The translations under genes and the position numbers were made by a program. A DNA stretch of 64,000 nt from Mobula hypostoma (lineage: Eukaryota). The stretch covers positions 103,728,001-103,792,000 of the forward strand of contig NC_086097.1 in NCBI RefSeq assembly GCF_963921235.1, in the 5' to 3' direction. The notes under the pieces are model-generated. The model did no database searches, was not told where the DNA came from, and saw only the letters and a program-made list of their open reading frames with translations. Below are positions 11,640-23,182 of this stretch, piece by piece. Each line of letters starts with the position of its first letter. Position 1 is the first letter of the stretch.

Positions 11640-14403
11640 TCCAAGTCCTGAACAACATCATATAAAATTTCTGTATGTTCTATGAATATATCAGGAGACA
11701 GAGGATAATTAGTGAAAGAGTAGGATCGCTCAAAGATAAAGCTGGGGACATACGCTTTGGAGATGGAGGATGTGGGTGAGGTCCTAAGTGAGTATTTTGG
11801 ATTGGTATTTACAAAGGAGAAGGATGTGGAAGATACAGAGATCAGTGTGAAACATATTAATAGGCCAGAGAATTTTGAGAAAAAAAAGGATGCATCAAGT
11901 CTCTTAAAGAACATTGAGGTGGATAAAGTCCCAGGACCCAATGGGATATACCTCAGGTAATTGAGAGGCAAGAGATGAAATTACTCAGGCTTTGACCAAG
12001 ATCTTTGAGTCCTCCCTAGCCACAGGTATGGTGCTGGAGGACTGGTGAGTAGCTAATACTATATTATTAAATAAAGGAAATCGGGATAATCCTGGAAACC
12101 GCAGTGTTAGAGATATTCTTGGATATAGAATTTATAAGCTTTTGGAAAACCATGGCCCAATTAGGCAGAGTCAGAATGAATTCCTGCATAGCAAGTCATG
12201 ACTTAATACCTTTATTGGTTTTTCAAGGAAGTGACAAAGGTATTAATGAAGGTCAAGTTATAGATGGTGTGTACATGGATTTTAATAAAGAATTTGACGA
12301 GGTCACTCAGGGTCGGCTCATCCAGGTATCTACGGTGGCTTGGCTATTTGATTTCAGAATTGAATGTCCACAGAAGGCAGGGACTTTTTCTGGTTGGAGG
12401 TCCTTTACTAATGGTGTTCTGCAGGCACCTGAATTGGCACTCTGCTTTTCATTATCCATACCGGGATCTCTGCTGTTTGTGATACAAATTACCTCAATGA
12501 ATATGTGGATGGGTGGGTTTGTAAGTTTGCAGACAATACAAAGATTGGTGGTGCTATGGAGAGTGTTGAACATTACTAAAGATACATTTGCAAAAATAGC
12601 AGATAGACTTTAATCCAGTCAAATGTGAGGTGTTGCACTTCTGAAGTTCAAATGTAAACAGATGGTACACTGTTAACACTAAGACTATTATGGTACAGAA
12701 GGATCAGGGAAGAGGCTACGTAGCATCCACACCAGGTCCATCAGATTCAAAACAGTTATTTTGGCCAAGCAGTAAGGCTGATCAGCACCTCCACCCACTA
12801 ACCCATCCTACTACACCCCCCACCACCACTATTTTAGATCCACATCCAAAGCTCTCCCTCAAAGTGGCTATATACATTGATAGGATAGTGAAGAAAGCAT
12901 AATGGATGCTTGCCTTCATTAGTCAAGGAACTGAGTTCAAGAGTTGGGAATTAATGTTGTAGCTTTATGAAACTCTGGTTAGGACTCATCTGGAGTGTTA
13001 CATTCGATTCCGGTTGCTCCATTATAGGAAGGATGTGGAGGCTTTGAAGAGGGTGCAGAAGAGGTTTACCGGGATGCTATTGAGGACATGTGCTAAGACT
13101 GTTTAACGTTCAATGTCATTTCCAGTAAAGGAGAACAAAATAATTGTTATTCCAGATCCCATGAAGCACGAAAGATAAAGAACACAATACTATAATAAAA
13201 ACACAGCATAAGATAAATTGATACATAGGTTGATTGTAAGTGTATAAAGTGACACAAGACACAGGAGTGTCTGTACATTAGGTGACTGACAGGGAATGAT
13301 AAATTCGTGGTGGTAGGAGGAGTGAAGGAGTTTATCAACCTGATAGCCTACGTAGCCTCCTCCCTGATGGGAGTGGGACAACCAGTCCATGAGCAGGATG
13401 GGTGAGATCCTTCATGAAGTTACTGACCCCTTTCCAACATCTTTCTGTCTACGTCCTTGACGTCCGGCAAGCTATTGCTGGTGATGCGTTGGGCACTTTT
13501 GACTACCCGTTGTTGAGCCTTCCTCTCTGCCACAGTGCAGTTTCCGTGCCATGCAGTGATACAGCGGGTTAGAATGCTCTCTACCGCACATCTGTAGAAG
13601 GACGTGAGCATAGATGTGCATAAACCAGTTTTCTTCAGCCTCCAGAGAAAGCAGAGGTTTCCTGATTGTAAGCTTTCCTGATTGCGTTGTACTGCATGTG
13701 TTCTGGGACCATGAGAGGTTGGGCAAGGTGTGCACACTTTTGGCTGCTGTGCCGCTGATATAAAAGAGTGTGAGTGATGCAAGTTCTCTTGAAGTCAATA
13801 ACTGTCTCCTTTGTCTTGTTGACACTAAGGAAGAGGTCATTTTCCTGGCGTCAGGCCTTGAGCTCTTTCATATCCTCTCTGTAGGCCATTTCATGGTTGT
13901 TGGTGATGAGCCCCACCAGTGTCATGTCGTTTGCAAACCTGACAATGTGATTATAAGCAGAGGTTAGGCAAACTTGGTTTGTTTTCTCTGGAGCAGTAGA
14001 GGCTGTGGGGAGACTTAACGGAAGTTTATCAGATTATAAGGTATAAATAAGCAGCTGGCATCATTTACTCCAGGGCTGAAATGTCCATTGCTGAAGAGTA
14101 TGCATTTCTACTAGAGGGCATGCATTTAAGGTGAAAGTGGATATGCTCAAAGTTGATGTTTTTGCTTACAGTGAATGATGGATGCCTGGAATGTGCTGTC
14201 ATGGGCGGTGGTGGAGGCAAGTACAGTACAGCTGTTTAAGAGGCTCTTTAATCGGCACAGGAATGTGCAGAGAATTGAGCAATATGGAGAGTTTGTAGAC
14301 AGAAGGAATTAGTCAGTTAGGCATTTAATTTCTAATTTAATTAGTTTGGCACAACATCATGGGCTGAAGGGTCTGTTTCTGTGTTGTACTGCTCTATGTT
14401 CTA
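11640..14403 (+). mobile_element. Decayed CR1 LINE split by younger insertions
   Basis: EDVGEVLSEYF, VDKVPGPNGIY and VYMDFNKEFDEV motifs; the 3' end resumes after 13950 and ends ctctatgttcta. Confidence 0.7.
13100..13950 (-). mobile_element. Rex1/Babar LINE 3' fragment nested in CR1
   Basis: ORF 13420-13782 (FYRCAVESILTRCITAWHGNC). Confidence 0.8.
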
Positions 14404-14644
14404 AAATTGTACAATATATAACACACAAGATTGGTCTATTAACTACTGGACACATTATTTTATGAAAATATCTATATACTATAATCTGGATTTTTTACCT
14501 GTTGCATTCTTGATAAATGAGCCACCAATGTAAAGATTGAAGAGTTATTAAGCAGATCAAATTCCATTCCAAGCCAGCACTAATCTCAATCCTGTCAATT
14601 AAACTACTGCCATGTTGTTATGACAACCACCTTTCCTTTAACAT

Positions 14645-15225
14645 CAGCAAAAGAGCTGACTACCAATTTGAGGAAGCAGTGTGGTCCTATTTATATCACT
14701 GGTGCCGAGGTCGAGATGGTTGAGAAAGTTCCCAGGAGTGAACCACCAATATAAGATCTAACCATATCGATGCCACAGGAAAGCACACCAGCACCTCCAA
14801 TTCCTCAGAAGGCTGAAGGAGTTTGATATCTCTCTATTAGCCCTCAGCAACTTTTATAAATACACCACAGAAAGTATCCCATCTCGATGTGTGCAATTGC
14901 TTTGCCCAAGACTGAAAGAAATTACAGTGTTCTATCAGGTAGAAGATAAAAAACATGAAAGCACATGTCACCAGGTTCAAAGACAGCTCCTATCCCACTA
15001 TGAGAAGACTACTGAATAGACCTCTTGTATAAGATGGATTCTTGATCTCACAAAATACCTTGCTGTGGCCTTGTACCTACCTGCCTGCACTTACTCTGTA
15101 ACTGTGACACTGTATTCTGCATTTATATGGTTGCTTGCCCCTTGTACTACCTCAACAGATGTAATGAAATTATCTGTATGCATAGCATGAACAATAGCTT
15201 TTCACTGTACATGTGACAATAATAA
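14645..15225 (+). mobile_element. Strongly decayed Rex1/Babar 3' fragment
   Basis: Similar to 2120-2690 (cagcacctccaattcctcagaaggctgaagg, caccaggttcaaagacagc); ends tgacaataataaa. Confidence 0.6.
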
Positions 15226-16164
15226 ATAACTTCACCACTTCAGATTAAGACAAGAAAAAGAAACCATAAAATCAAAAATGTTTTGATGGAAGTATTCAAT
15301 TTGTAGCATTCTCCTTTTCCATTCCCCATTCTGGCTCGCCTCTTACCTGTTTGCATATCACTTGGTGTGTTGACCTGTAGTATTCACTGTTTTTCTCATG
15401 TAAACTGACCTTAAGTCTAGCATTTTTTTTTAAATGACAAAGGAACCAGACTTGCTTTCTGTGGTGTATCTCCTCTCATCCCCCATACACAAAAGTTCCA
15501 CACATATGAAGTTCCATAAAGCCCATTTACTTTTGAAGCAAAATACAATGGAGGATTTACAAATGAAGAAATGAAGATCATTTGGCCCTTGCAGCCATCA
15601 ATCTGAATGCAACCACAACTCCACGTTCACATCTAATCCTGGTAGCTGTTCACCTCCTTGCTTATTAAATTTCCATCCATATTTCTTTTAAGGTTCAGAG
15701 ACTGTGCATCTACTAAGCCTCAAAAAAGACAGGCCAAAGACTCATGAATCTTGGTGAAAGCCAAACTGCATTATTCCAACTTAAACAACTGACTGCTTAT
15801 TTGTAAGTTATCCCAATTCCAGATTTTCTACTTCAGGAAACATCCTCCTCAAATGCATTCTGCCAAGTAAATCCTCATGATCTCCTTCAGATCTTAGTCA
15901 AGTCCCTTCTCACTCAACTAAACTCCAGCAGATACTAGCCAATCCTGGCCAACACTTCCACACAAGACAACCCACCCATACCAAATATACTTCTATCAAA
16001 TTTTCAATAAACTGCTCCCAAAGCACTAAATCCTTCCTTAAACAAGAACATGGTAGAGTGCTCCAGATGTAGTCTCACAATTTGCCTAACAGATGCATAA
16101 CCTCCCTACTTTTCAAATCAATTGACCTAACTTAATAACATTCTCTTAGCTTTCCTATTACATA

Positions 16165-16503
16165 GTCATAGAGCACTACAGCACACAAGCAGGCCCTCTG
16201 GCCCATCTAAATGCCAAGTAATAATTCTTCCTAGCCACATTGACCTCACCTGGAACATAGCCCTTCATACCACTCCCTATCCATGATACTATCCCATTTC
16301 TCTGAATCGTTGAAATAAACCTGTATCCACCACTTCCACTGGCAGCTCATTCCACACTATCACCACCCACTGAGTGAAGCTCCCCCTCATGTTCCCTCAA
16401 AACATTTCACCTCCCATCCTTAACCCAAAATCTCTAGTTCTCGTCTACCACCTACTCCCATTGGGACCATAGCTCTCCATACCGCTTCTATCCATGTACC
16501 TAT
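16165..16503 (-). mobile_element. CR1 3'-end fragments; target of the LTR insertion
   Basis: Reverse complement of the CR1 3' UTR and of the final ORF2 codons. Confidence 0.65.
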
Positions 16504-16795
16504 TGTGACAAGAATACACATAGATTAAGATGTTAGCTGTCCTGTGGAATCAGCAGTTGGTCTGCCACCTGTCTTCAGGAGAGAGAGAGATAAGGAAAAC
16601 AATGGAGCAGCATGTGGAGATGTTAATGAAGGAAGGAGAGCTGTCAAGAGCAGCTCCCCCTTTGAACCTTGAACTGTTTGAAGTGATGGACAGGCGATAC
16701 CCCAGCAGGGGGATAAAAAGGGACAGGCAGGACACACATGACACCCGAGGTAACGAGACCCTGGAAGCAGTGCGCCTCTCACGAGTCGGTGGGAA
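16504..16795 (+). repeat. 5' LTR, truncated (distal LTR, PBS and gag start deleted)
   Basis: First ~220 bp match 19470 onward with 5 substitutions by eye; similarity ends near GTCGGTGGGA (~16793), where gag sequence starts directly. Confidence 0.85.
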
Positions 16796-18341
16796 ACTCC
16801 TCGAGCTGGATAAGTTAAAGATAAGGGCAGAGCAGGGGCTCGTGCCGAACCAAGGTGGAGGGTTCCGGGCAACCCAGGAGGTTAGGCTGGTTCCCCCATT
16901 TGACGATACCGATGTGGATCAGTACTTTCTCCACTTCGAAAAAGTGGCTATAAGTCAGGACTGGCCGAGGGATAAGTGGGTTGTTTTGCTTCAGAGTGTA
17001 CTGAAAGGGAAAACCCAACAAGCTTACTCAGCTTTGTCCGTGGAAGATGCCCAGAGGTATGAGGTGGTGAAAGAGGCCATCCTCAGGATTTATGAGTTGG
17101 TCCCGGAGGCATACTGGCAGAGGTTCCGGAATGCGAGGAAGCAGTGGGACCGCACGTATTTGGAGTTTGCCCGTGAGATGCAGACATATTGTGAGCATTG
17201 GTGCGCCTCAAAGGGGGTAGAGGGGGATTATGACAGACTGCTACAGCTGATCCTGATTGAGCAGTTTAAAGGTTGTGTCCCTGAGGGTATGAGACCCTAC
17301 CTCGATGAGAAAGAGGCAGACACGTTAGCCACAACTGCTAAGTTAGCGGATGAGTATGCGTTGACGCATAAAATGAAGTTTGCCCCGAGTAAAGGCTACA
17401 AGAAGGGTAGTCAGGACGGCGGGGAGAGTCCGCCGGAAAAGTCAGAAAGTAAGCCGGGGACTAGTGAGAAGGATAAGGTAGACCGGGAGCAGTCTGGTAG
17501 GAAGTCTCCTGGGATCGTCTGCTATAATTGCGGGAAAGTCGGACACTTTGCGTCCAGGTGCTTTGCCCCAAAGAAGGAGACGGGAAAAGGAAAAATGGCA
17601 ATTTTGACTGGCTGTATCGAGCTGGTACACGAATCGCTAGGGAAGGACAGGTCTGCCAAAGTTCAGGAAGGGTGCAAGAAGTTTATCTCGGCCGGATTGA
17701 TGTCAGTGAAGGAGGGGTTAAAACCAGTTCCAGTGCGGATCTGGAGAGACACAGGAGCGTGTCAGTCACTAATACTGAAGAGTGTATTAGAGTTTAGCTC
17801 AGAGACCCAGACTGGGGAGGTAGAGGTCAAAGGTGTTGGGGAAGGGACAGAGTCAGTCCCTTTACACCAGATACACTTACAAAGCAACCTGGTCTCTGGA
17901 CTAGTCACGATCGGGGTGAGGTCCGAATTACCGATGAAAGGCGTGGAAGTCTTGCTCGGTAATGACATCGCCGGGGGAATCGTGTTCCCAGTCGTGAGAT
18001 TGACAGGTCAGCCTGCCAGCACTGAGGCCCCGCCCATGGACTCACAGGTTCATCACGGGACCGCGGTAGTGAATTTAGCTGAGACGTTTCTGCCAGTGTT
18101 GTACGAGACGGGGGTAGAAAATGAAAAGAAGGAGTGTAGTGAGACAAGAGATAGTGAGGGAGCTGGGACAGACATAGCAGTAGCCAGGAAAGAATTTGTG
18201 CAGACGCAGGAGCGAGACGAGGGGCTGATGGTTTTGGCAGAGACAGCTCTCTCTGACACAGACTTAACAAGGGAACTAGTAGGCTATTGTGCGGAGGAGG
18301 AAGTGCTAAGGAAGAAAATCAAGTACAGTACCCGCAGATGA
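16530..18341 (+). CDS. gag: Retrotransposon Gag-protease ORF (SCAN-like capsid, CCHC zinc knuckle, aspartic protease) with an LTR-derived N-terminus
   Basis: 603-aa uninterrupted ORF with YELVPEAYWQRFR...LILIEQFK (SCAN-like), CYNCGKVGHFASRC (17520-17561) and WRDTGACQSL (DTG at 17748-17756). Confidence 0.85.
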   Translation: MLAVLWNQQLVCHLSSGEREIRKTMEQHVEMLMKEGELSRAAPPLNLELFEVMDRRYPSRGIKRDRQDTHDTRGNETLEAVRLSRVGGKLLELDKLKIRAEQGLVPNQGGGFRATQEVRLVPPFDDTDVDQYFLHFEKVAISQDWPRDKWVVLLQSVLKGKTQQAYSALSVEDAQRYEVVKEAILRIYELVPEAYWQRFRNARKQWDRTYLEFAREMQTYCEHWCASKGVEGDYDRLLQLILIEQFKGCVPEGMRPYLDEKEADTLATTAKLADEYALTHKMKFAPSKGYKKGSQDGGESPPEKSESKPGTSEKDKVDREQSGRKSPGIVCYNCGKVGHFASRCFAPKKETGKGKMAILTGCIELVHESLGKDRSAKVQEGCKKFISAGLMSVKEGLKPVPVRIWRDTGACQSLILKSVLEFSSETQTGEVEVKGVGEGTESVPLHQIHLQSNLVSGLVTIGVRSELPMKGVEVLLGNDIAGGIVFPVVRLTGQPASTEAPPMDSQVHHGTAVVNLAETFLPVLYETGVENEKKECSETRDSEGAGTDIAVARKEFVQTQERDEGLMVLAETALSDTDLTRELVGYCAEEEVLRKKIKYSTRR

Positions 18342-18351
18342 GGAATGAGGG

Positions 18352-19345
18352 GTGGTGCAAAAGAGTTATGAGGATAAGATTTTTAACCTGGCCCACAAGG
18401 TACCCCCCGGTGGACATTTTGCGGTGCTGGAGGAAACAGTTGGTGGAATCATGAAAGAGGTTTACCGGCTGCCCAGGGGGGAGGATGTTATTGATTATGG
18501 CCGACGCGAACTGAGACGGTCACAGGCTTTTGATATGCTAACAAACCTAGTCGGGGTTAGCGTGGAAATCAATGAAGCTAGGGTGCCCCCGAGGAGAGAG
18601 AAAAATCATTTTGAAAAGATTAGTATGCTATCGATCAGATGGGAGAAGGCTATTGTTTTGGCCAGGTCTGCTGATAAAGTCTCTCCCTTAATCCCCGAAC
18701 AAAGCAACTCTTTAGGAGAAGTAATTAAACGACTCGCACCCGTGTGTTTGATTGTCCCGAGGCGATGCAAAGAACTGGGACGTTGGGTGGTGTCTGTTAC
18801 AATAGGTTAGCCTAATAAACAACAACCGCATAGAATGAGTAATTCAGTGACTAAAGGGCTGACGAACACAGAGGTGTGTATTGGCAATTTAATACGGCTG
18901 TCTGAAGCCAGTTTGATAGTGAACCTTGAAAAAAATGAATTCGGCCACACGAAGGTCACTGACCTGGGAATTGTGGTGACACAGGGGCAGCTGGCAGCGA
19001 TGCAAGCTACAGTGCAGGCTATCGCTGACCTCCCAACCCCGACAGACAAGAGGGCCCTCAGAAGGCTCTTGGAGATGGTGCGGTACTGTAGGAAGTTTTG
19101 CAATAACTCTGCGGTCACTACCCCTCCCCCTCCTACTAAGCCCTTGCGAGAGAAAACTAAGTCGGAATGGGACGACCCTTGTTATTGTGGTCCGGGACAA
19201 AACCAAATGAGAGGTTACATTGATCGCAAATCATCAATGTTTTTGACCACTATGAAGTTTGCTAAGTTGGAGCCTGGTCTAAGGGATTATTAATAACACA
19301 TATAAAAGGAACAGAAAATGTGATGGCTGACTGTCTGTCAGGTGT
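18352..19345 (+). pseudogene. pol: Collapsed pol remnant: integrase zinc-binding region, then RT thumb, then RNase H C-terminus
   Basis: LAHKVPPGGHF (integrase His motif); EVCIGNL where YxDD is expected; RLSEASLIVNLEK...PTPTDKRALRRLL; ITHIKGTENVMADCLS at ~19293-19340. Confidence 0.8.
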
Positions 19346-19457
19346 TGACAACTTCAAACTCGCTGTATTAGCCAAATAGCTGATAAAGATGTATATTTGT
19401 GTGTGTATCAAATGATGTATTCATGTTTGTAATTTTTACCCCCCGGTAAAAATCCTT

Positions 19458-19469
19458 AAAGGGGGGAAG
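19458..19469 (+). promoter_or_regulatory. Polypurine tract
   Basis: AAAGGGGGGAAG immediately 5' of the 3' LTR start (TG). Confidence 0.85.
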
Positions 19470-20185
19470 TGTGACAAGAATACACATAGATTAAGATGTT
19501 AGCTGTCCTGTGGAATCAGCAGTTGGTCTGCCACCTGTCTTCAGGAGAGAGAGAGATAAGGGAAACAATGGAGCAGCATGTGGAGATGTTAATGAAGGAA
19601 GGAGAGCTGTCAAGAGCGGCTCCCCCTTTGAACCCTGAACCGTTTGAAGTGATGGACAGACGATACCCCAGCAGGGGGATAAAAAGGGACAGGTTTGCTA
19701 AGGCAGGACACACACGACACCACGAGGTAACGAGACCCTGGAAGCGGTGCCCCCCCCCCGGCAAGTCGGCGGGAGTCGTTTGGAAGGCTGGTTGCGGAAC
19801 CAAGCCATAGACGCACAGGGTGGAAAGGTACGATCAGCGGGAACCCGGTGTGTGTCCACCCTTGCTTGGGTGCCAGGTTCACTGCAGAGGATCGACCGCA
19901 TCTGGAGGAGGGGTCACAGTCGGTGACCTCAGGTGACATCACAAAGGACTCGCCCGAAAGCTGCTGTGAGCAATATCGCAGGTCTGTGAGTGGAAGCCGT
20001 TTCTGAATGATCATTCGTTCTTGTTCTCTCTCTCTCTCCCCCCACATTGTCCATCGTCACGGCAACGATTACTGTGAACTGAACTAAATTGAACTGGACT
20101 TTGTGTCACTTTGAAATTGGTCATTTACCCCTAGACAACGATAGAGCTTGATTGATCCTGTTATCTTAATTCTGTGCACATGTGT
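19470..20185 (+). repeat. 3' LTR (right end uncertain, probably truncated)
   Basis: Repeat of 16504 onward; runs into CR1 sequence near 20190 without a clear terminal CA or TSD. Confidence 0.75.
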
Positions 20186-20189
20186 CTCA

Positions 20190-21555
20190 GCTATATGTGC
20201 ACTTGCTTCCCAAAGGAAATGAGGGATCACTTCGTTAGGCCCTGGGGATTTATCCACCCTGATTTACCTCAAGACAGCAAACACCTCCTCCTCGAGTCCA
20301 AGTTGATGTAATTTTGCCTTTACTTTTATACACTCCATTCCTGTCTCCTGAGTAAATACATATTTAAAATCTCCCCATCTGCTTTGGCTTCATACATGGA
20401 TTACCATTCTGATCTTCCAGAGGACCAATTTTGTCCCTCGCAATCTTTATGCTCTTAACATATTTGCAGGATCCCTTAGGATTCTCCTTCACTTTGTCTG
20501 TTAGGGCAATTTCATGCCTCCTTTTAGCCCTCCCAATTTCTCTCTTAAGTGTTCTCTGCTGTTTCTTATACTCCATAAGCACCTCATTTGTTCCTACCTG
20601 CCTATACTGCTATGCAGCTATTTTTTTCTCTTAACCAGGGGCTCAATATCTCTTGAAAACCAAGGTTCTCCACACTTGTTATTCTGATAGTTGTACTCTC
20701 AAAATTTCACCTTTGAAGGCCTCCCACTTAACAAGTACACCTTTGCCAGAAAACAGCCCATCTCAATCCACACTTGCCAGATAATTTCTGATACCATCAA
20801 AAGTGGCCCCTCTCCAATTTAGAACCTCCAATCACAGACCAGACCTATATTTTTGCATATTTACTTTGAAACTAGCGGCATTGTGATCACTTACTGCAAA
20901 GTGCTCCCCTACACAAACTTCTACCATCTACTCTGTCTCATTCCCGATCAAGTGTCACAGACTATCTTGTTGGGACTCCCTTGTACTGATTAAAGAAGCT
21001 TCCCTGAACACTCTTGACAAACTCTATCTCATCTAGCCCTTTTACAGTGTGGGAGTCCCAGTCAATATGTAGAAAGTCAAAATCACCACCTATAACAACC
21101 TCAGGAATTCTGCAGATGCTGGAAATTCAAGCAACACACATCAAAGTTGCTGGTGAACGCAGCAGGCCAGGGAGCATCTCTAGGATGCATCTTCCTAGAG
21201 ATGCTGCCTGGCCTGCTGCGTTCACCAGCAACTTTGATGTGTGTTACCTATAACAACCTCATATTTCTTGCAACAGTCTGTGATCTCTCTACAAATTTGT
21301 TCCTCTAAATCCCAGGGTGGCTGTAATATAGCCCCATTAACGTGGTCATGGCTTTATTTCTCAGTTCCACCCATAACACTTCACTAGATGAGTTCTCCAG
21401 TTGGTCCTGATAAAGCAATACTATGATATTTTCCCTGACTAGTAACACTACCCCTTCCACTTAATCCTTTCCACTCTGTCCCATCTAAAACAAAGGAACC
21501 CTGGAACACTGAGCTGCCAGTCCTGCCCCTCCTGCCACCAGGTCTCACTAATGAC
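20190..21555 (-). mobile_element. CR1 LINE fragment (APE/linker region)
   Basis: ORF 20364-20582 (REIGRAKRRHE...VKENPKG...KIGPLEDQ); interrupted at 21104. Confidence 0.8.
21104..21245. mobile_element. Penelope-derived fold-back insertion (ribozyme segment absent)
   Basis: TSD ACCTATAACAACCTCA at 21088-21103 and 21246-21261; 53-bp inverted arms 21133-21185 and 21193-21245 with 1 mismatch. Confidence 0.85.
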
Positions 21556-23182
21556 AGCTGTCAAAAAATTCATGTATGAAAAACATTTCACACCAATTGA
21601 GTACTTTAGAAGTTTTGTCAATAAAGGAAGAGGTGGTGGGGTAGCTTAACGAATCAAAGTACAGTTGTGAGTGCAGATGAAGGTGACAAAATAAGTGGAA
21701 AGGCAACAATGGTAGGAGCATATAAGTTCCCAAATAGTGGGGAGGAATCTAAATTTTTAAAAAAGCGAATAAGCATGGGTGACTTAAAACCTTAATGCAG
21801 ATAGGCAAAATTAAATTGGAAATGCTAACCACAGCAATGCATTTAAGGTAGATGGCTAAGCAGTACATTATGTTCTGGGAAGCTATCCTCAATACGCAAT
21901 GCACCAACCAGGGAATCAGGGAATCAGGAAACATGCGATTTTGCATCTGGTGAATAAGTTAAACAAATGACCTTAAAGTACACTATGTCCATGAAGACTG
22001 TTATCATGGCATGATTATATCTGAGAGTGAGAAAATTGAGTCTGAAACAACATATTTAAATAAGGGTTATCACAATGGAAAGCAGATAGAGGTGGCTAAA
22101 TTGAACTAGATAAGGAGATTAGCCAGTAAAACATCATTGCCACAGTGATGTGCAAGTATGGAAAAGGTCTCTGACCCACTGAATCTATGCTAACCATCAA
22201 GTACCCATTTATATTAACCCCCATCTGTAAACAAGCAGTGACAGACACTGAAGCAGATAATTTGTGGCTCACGGCAGAAAACAAATATCCCAATGACGAG
22301 CAAGTTTCTCAGCAGGGCAAAATAAACCAACCTTGGATAAGCAAAGAAGTTGTGGTTACTTCTTTAAATTAATACCCTCCAAACTGTGCCAAAAGTTAGT
22401 GGAAGACTTGAAGTCTGGAATGAATGAATTTACGAGCAAAGAAATACTATAAACATATTCAAGGAGGGATTGAACCTCTAGGGCAAACTAGCAAGAAATA
22501 TGAAAACCAAGACAAACACCTAGTATAGAATAAAGGGTTAAAGTGAATACAGGCCCTGTGGAGAATGAGGCAAGGGAAAAATTAGGGAGAACAAGGAACC
22601 ATCAGAAAAATGAAACTGATATTTTGCATTAGTAGATAATATGGACCTCCCTTAGGTTTACAGTTGTGTAAAATTTATTTGGTGCTGAGAATTATGTCAT
22701 TACACCATTTTATCAGTTTTCTACTGAAATATCAGTCTTAATTTTGGAGCCAGAGTCATGAGCAATACAGCACAATACCAGCCCTTCAGCCTAACCAGTC
22801 CAAACTGACCATGGTGTTCACCCAGCTAGTCCCAATTTCCTGCATTCAACCTATATCCCTCCAAGCCCCGGGCTTTTAATATACCTATCCAAGTGCTTCT
22901 GAAATGAGACCATTGTACCTGCCTCAACCACTTCCTCCGGCAGCTCAGTCTTTGTACTCACCATGCTACATGAAAAAGTTGACTCTCAGGTCCATTTTAA
23001 ATATTTCCTCTCTTGCCTGAAACCTCCAACCCCTAGTTTCGGGCTCTCCTCCATTTTGAGTAAACATCTGGCCTTGAAAACACAACCTAATGCTTCAGAG
23101 GCAACAGTGACAATTGACTGCATTGCTTATAAACTCCATTTCTACACAAGACAAGGGGCAGGATATATTCTCTTCTGGTATA

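Larger units (their letters stand above)
16504..20185 (+). mobile_element. Gmr1-like Ty3/Gypsy LTR retrotransposon, non-autonomous (Gag-PR open, pol collapsed)
   Basis: Direct repeats beginning TGTGACAAGAATACAC at 16504 and 19470; PPT before the second; SCAN-like Gag, CCHC knuckle and DTG protease; integrase remnant precedes RT/RNase H remnants. 3' boundary and TSD are lost. Confidence 0.9.

Noticed and set aside
16530..18341. Host SCAN/zinc-finger gene
   Set aside because: Lies between LTRs with a PPT and pol remnants, has a CCHC knuckle and DTG protease, and lacks C2H2 fingers and introns.
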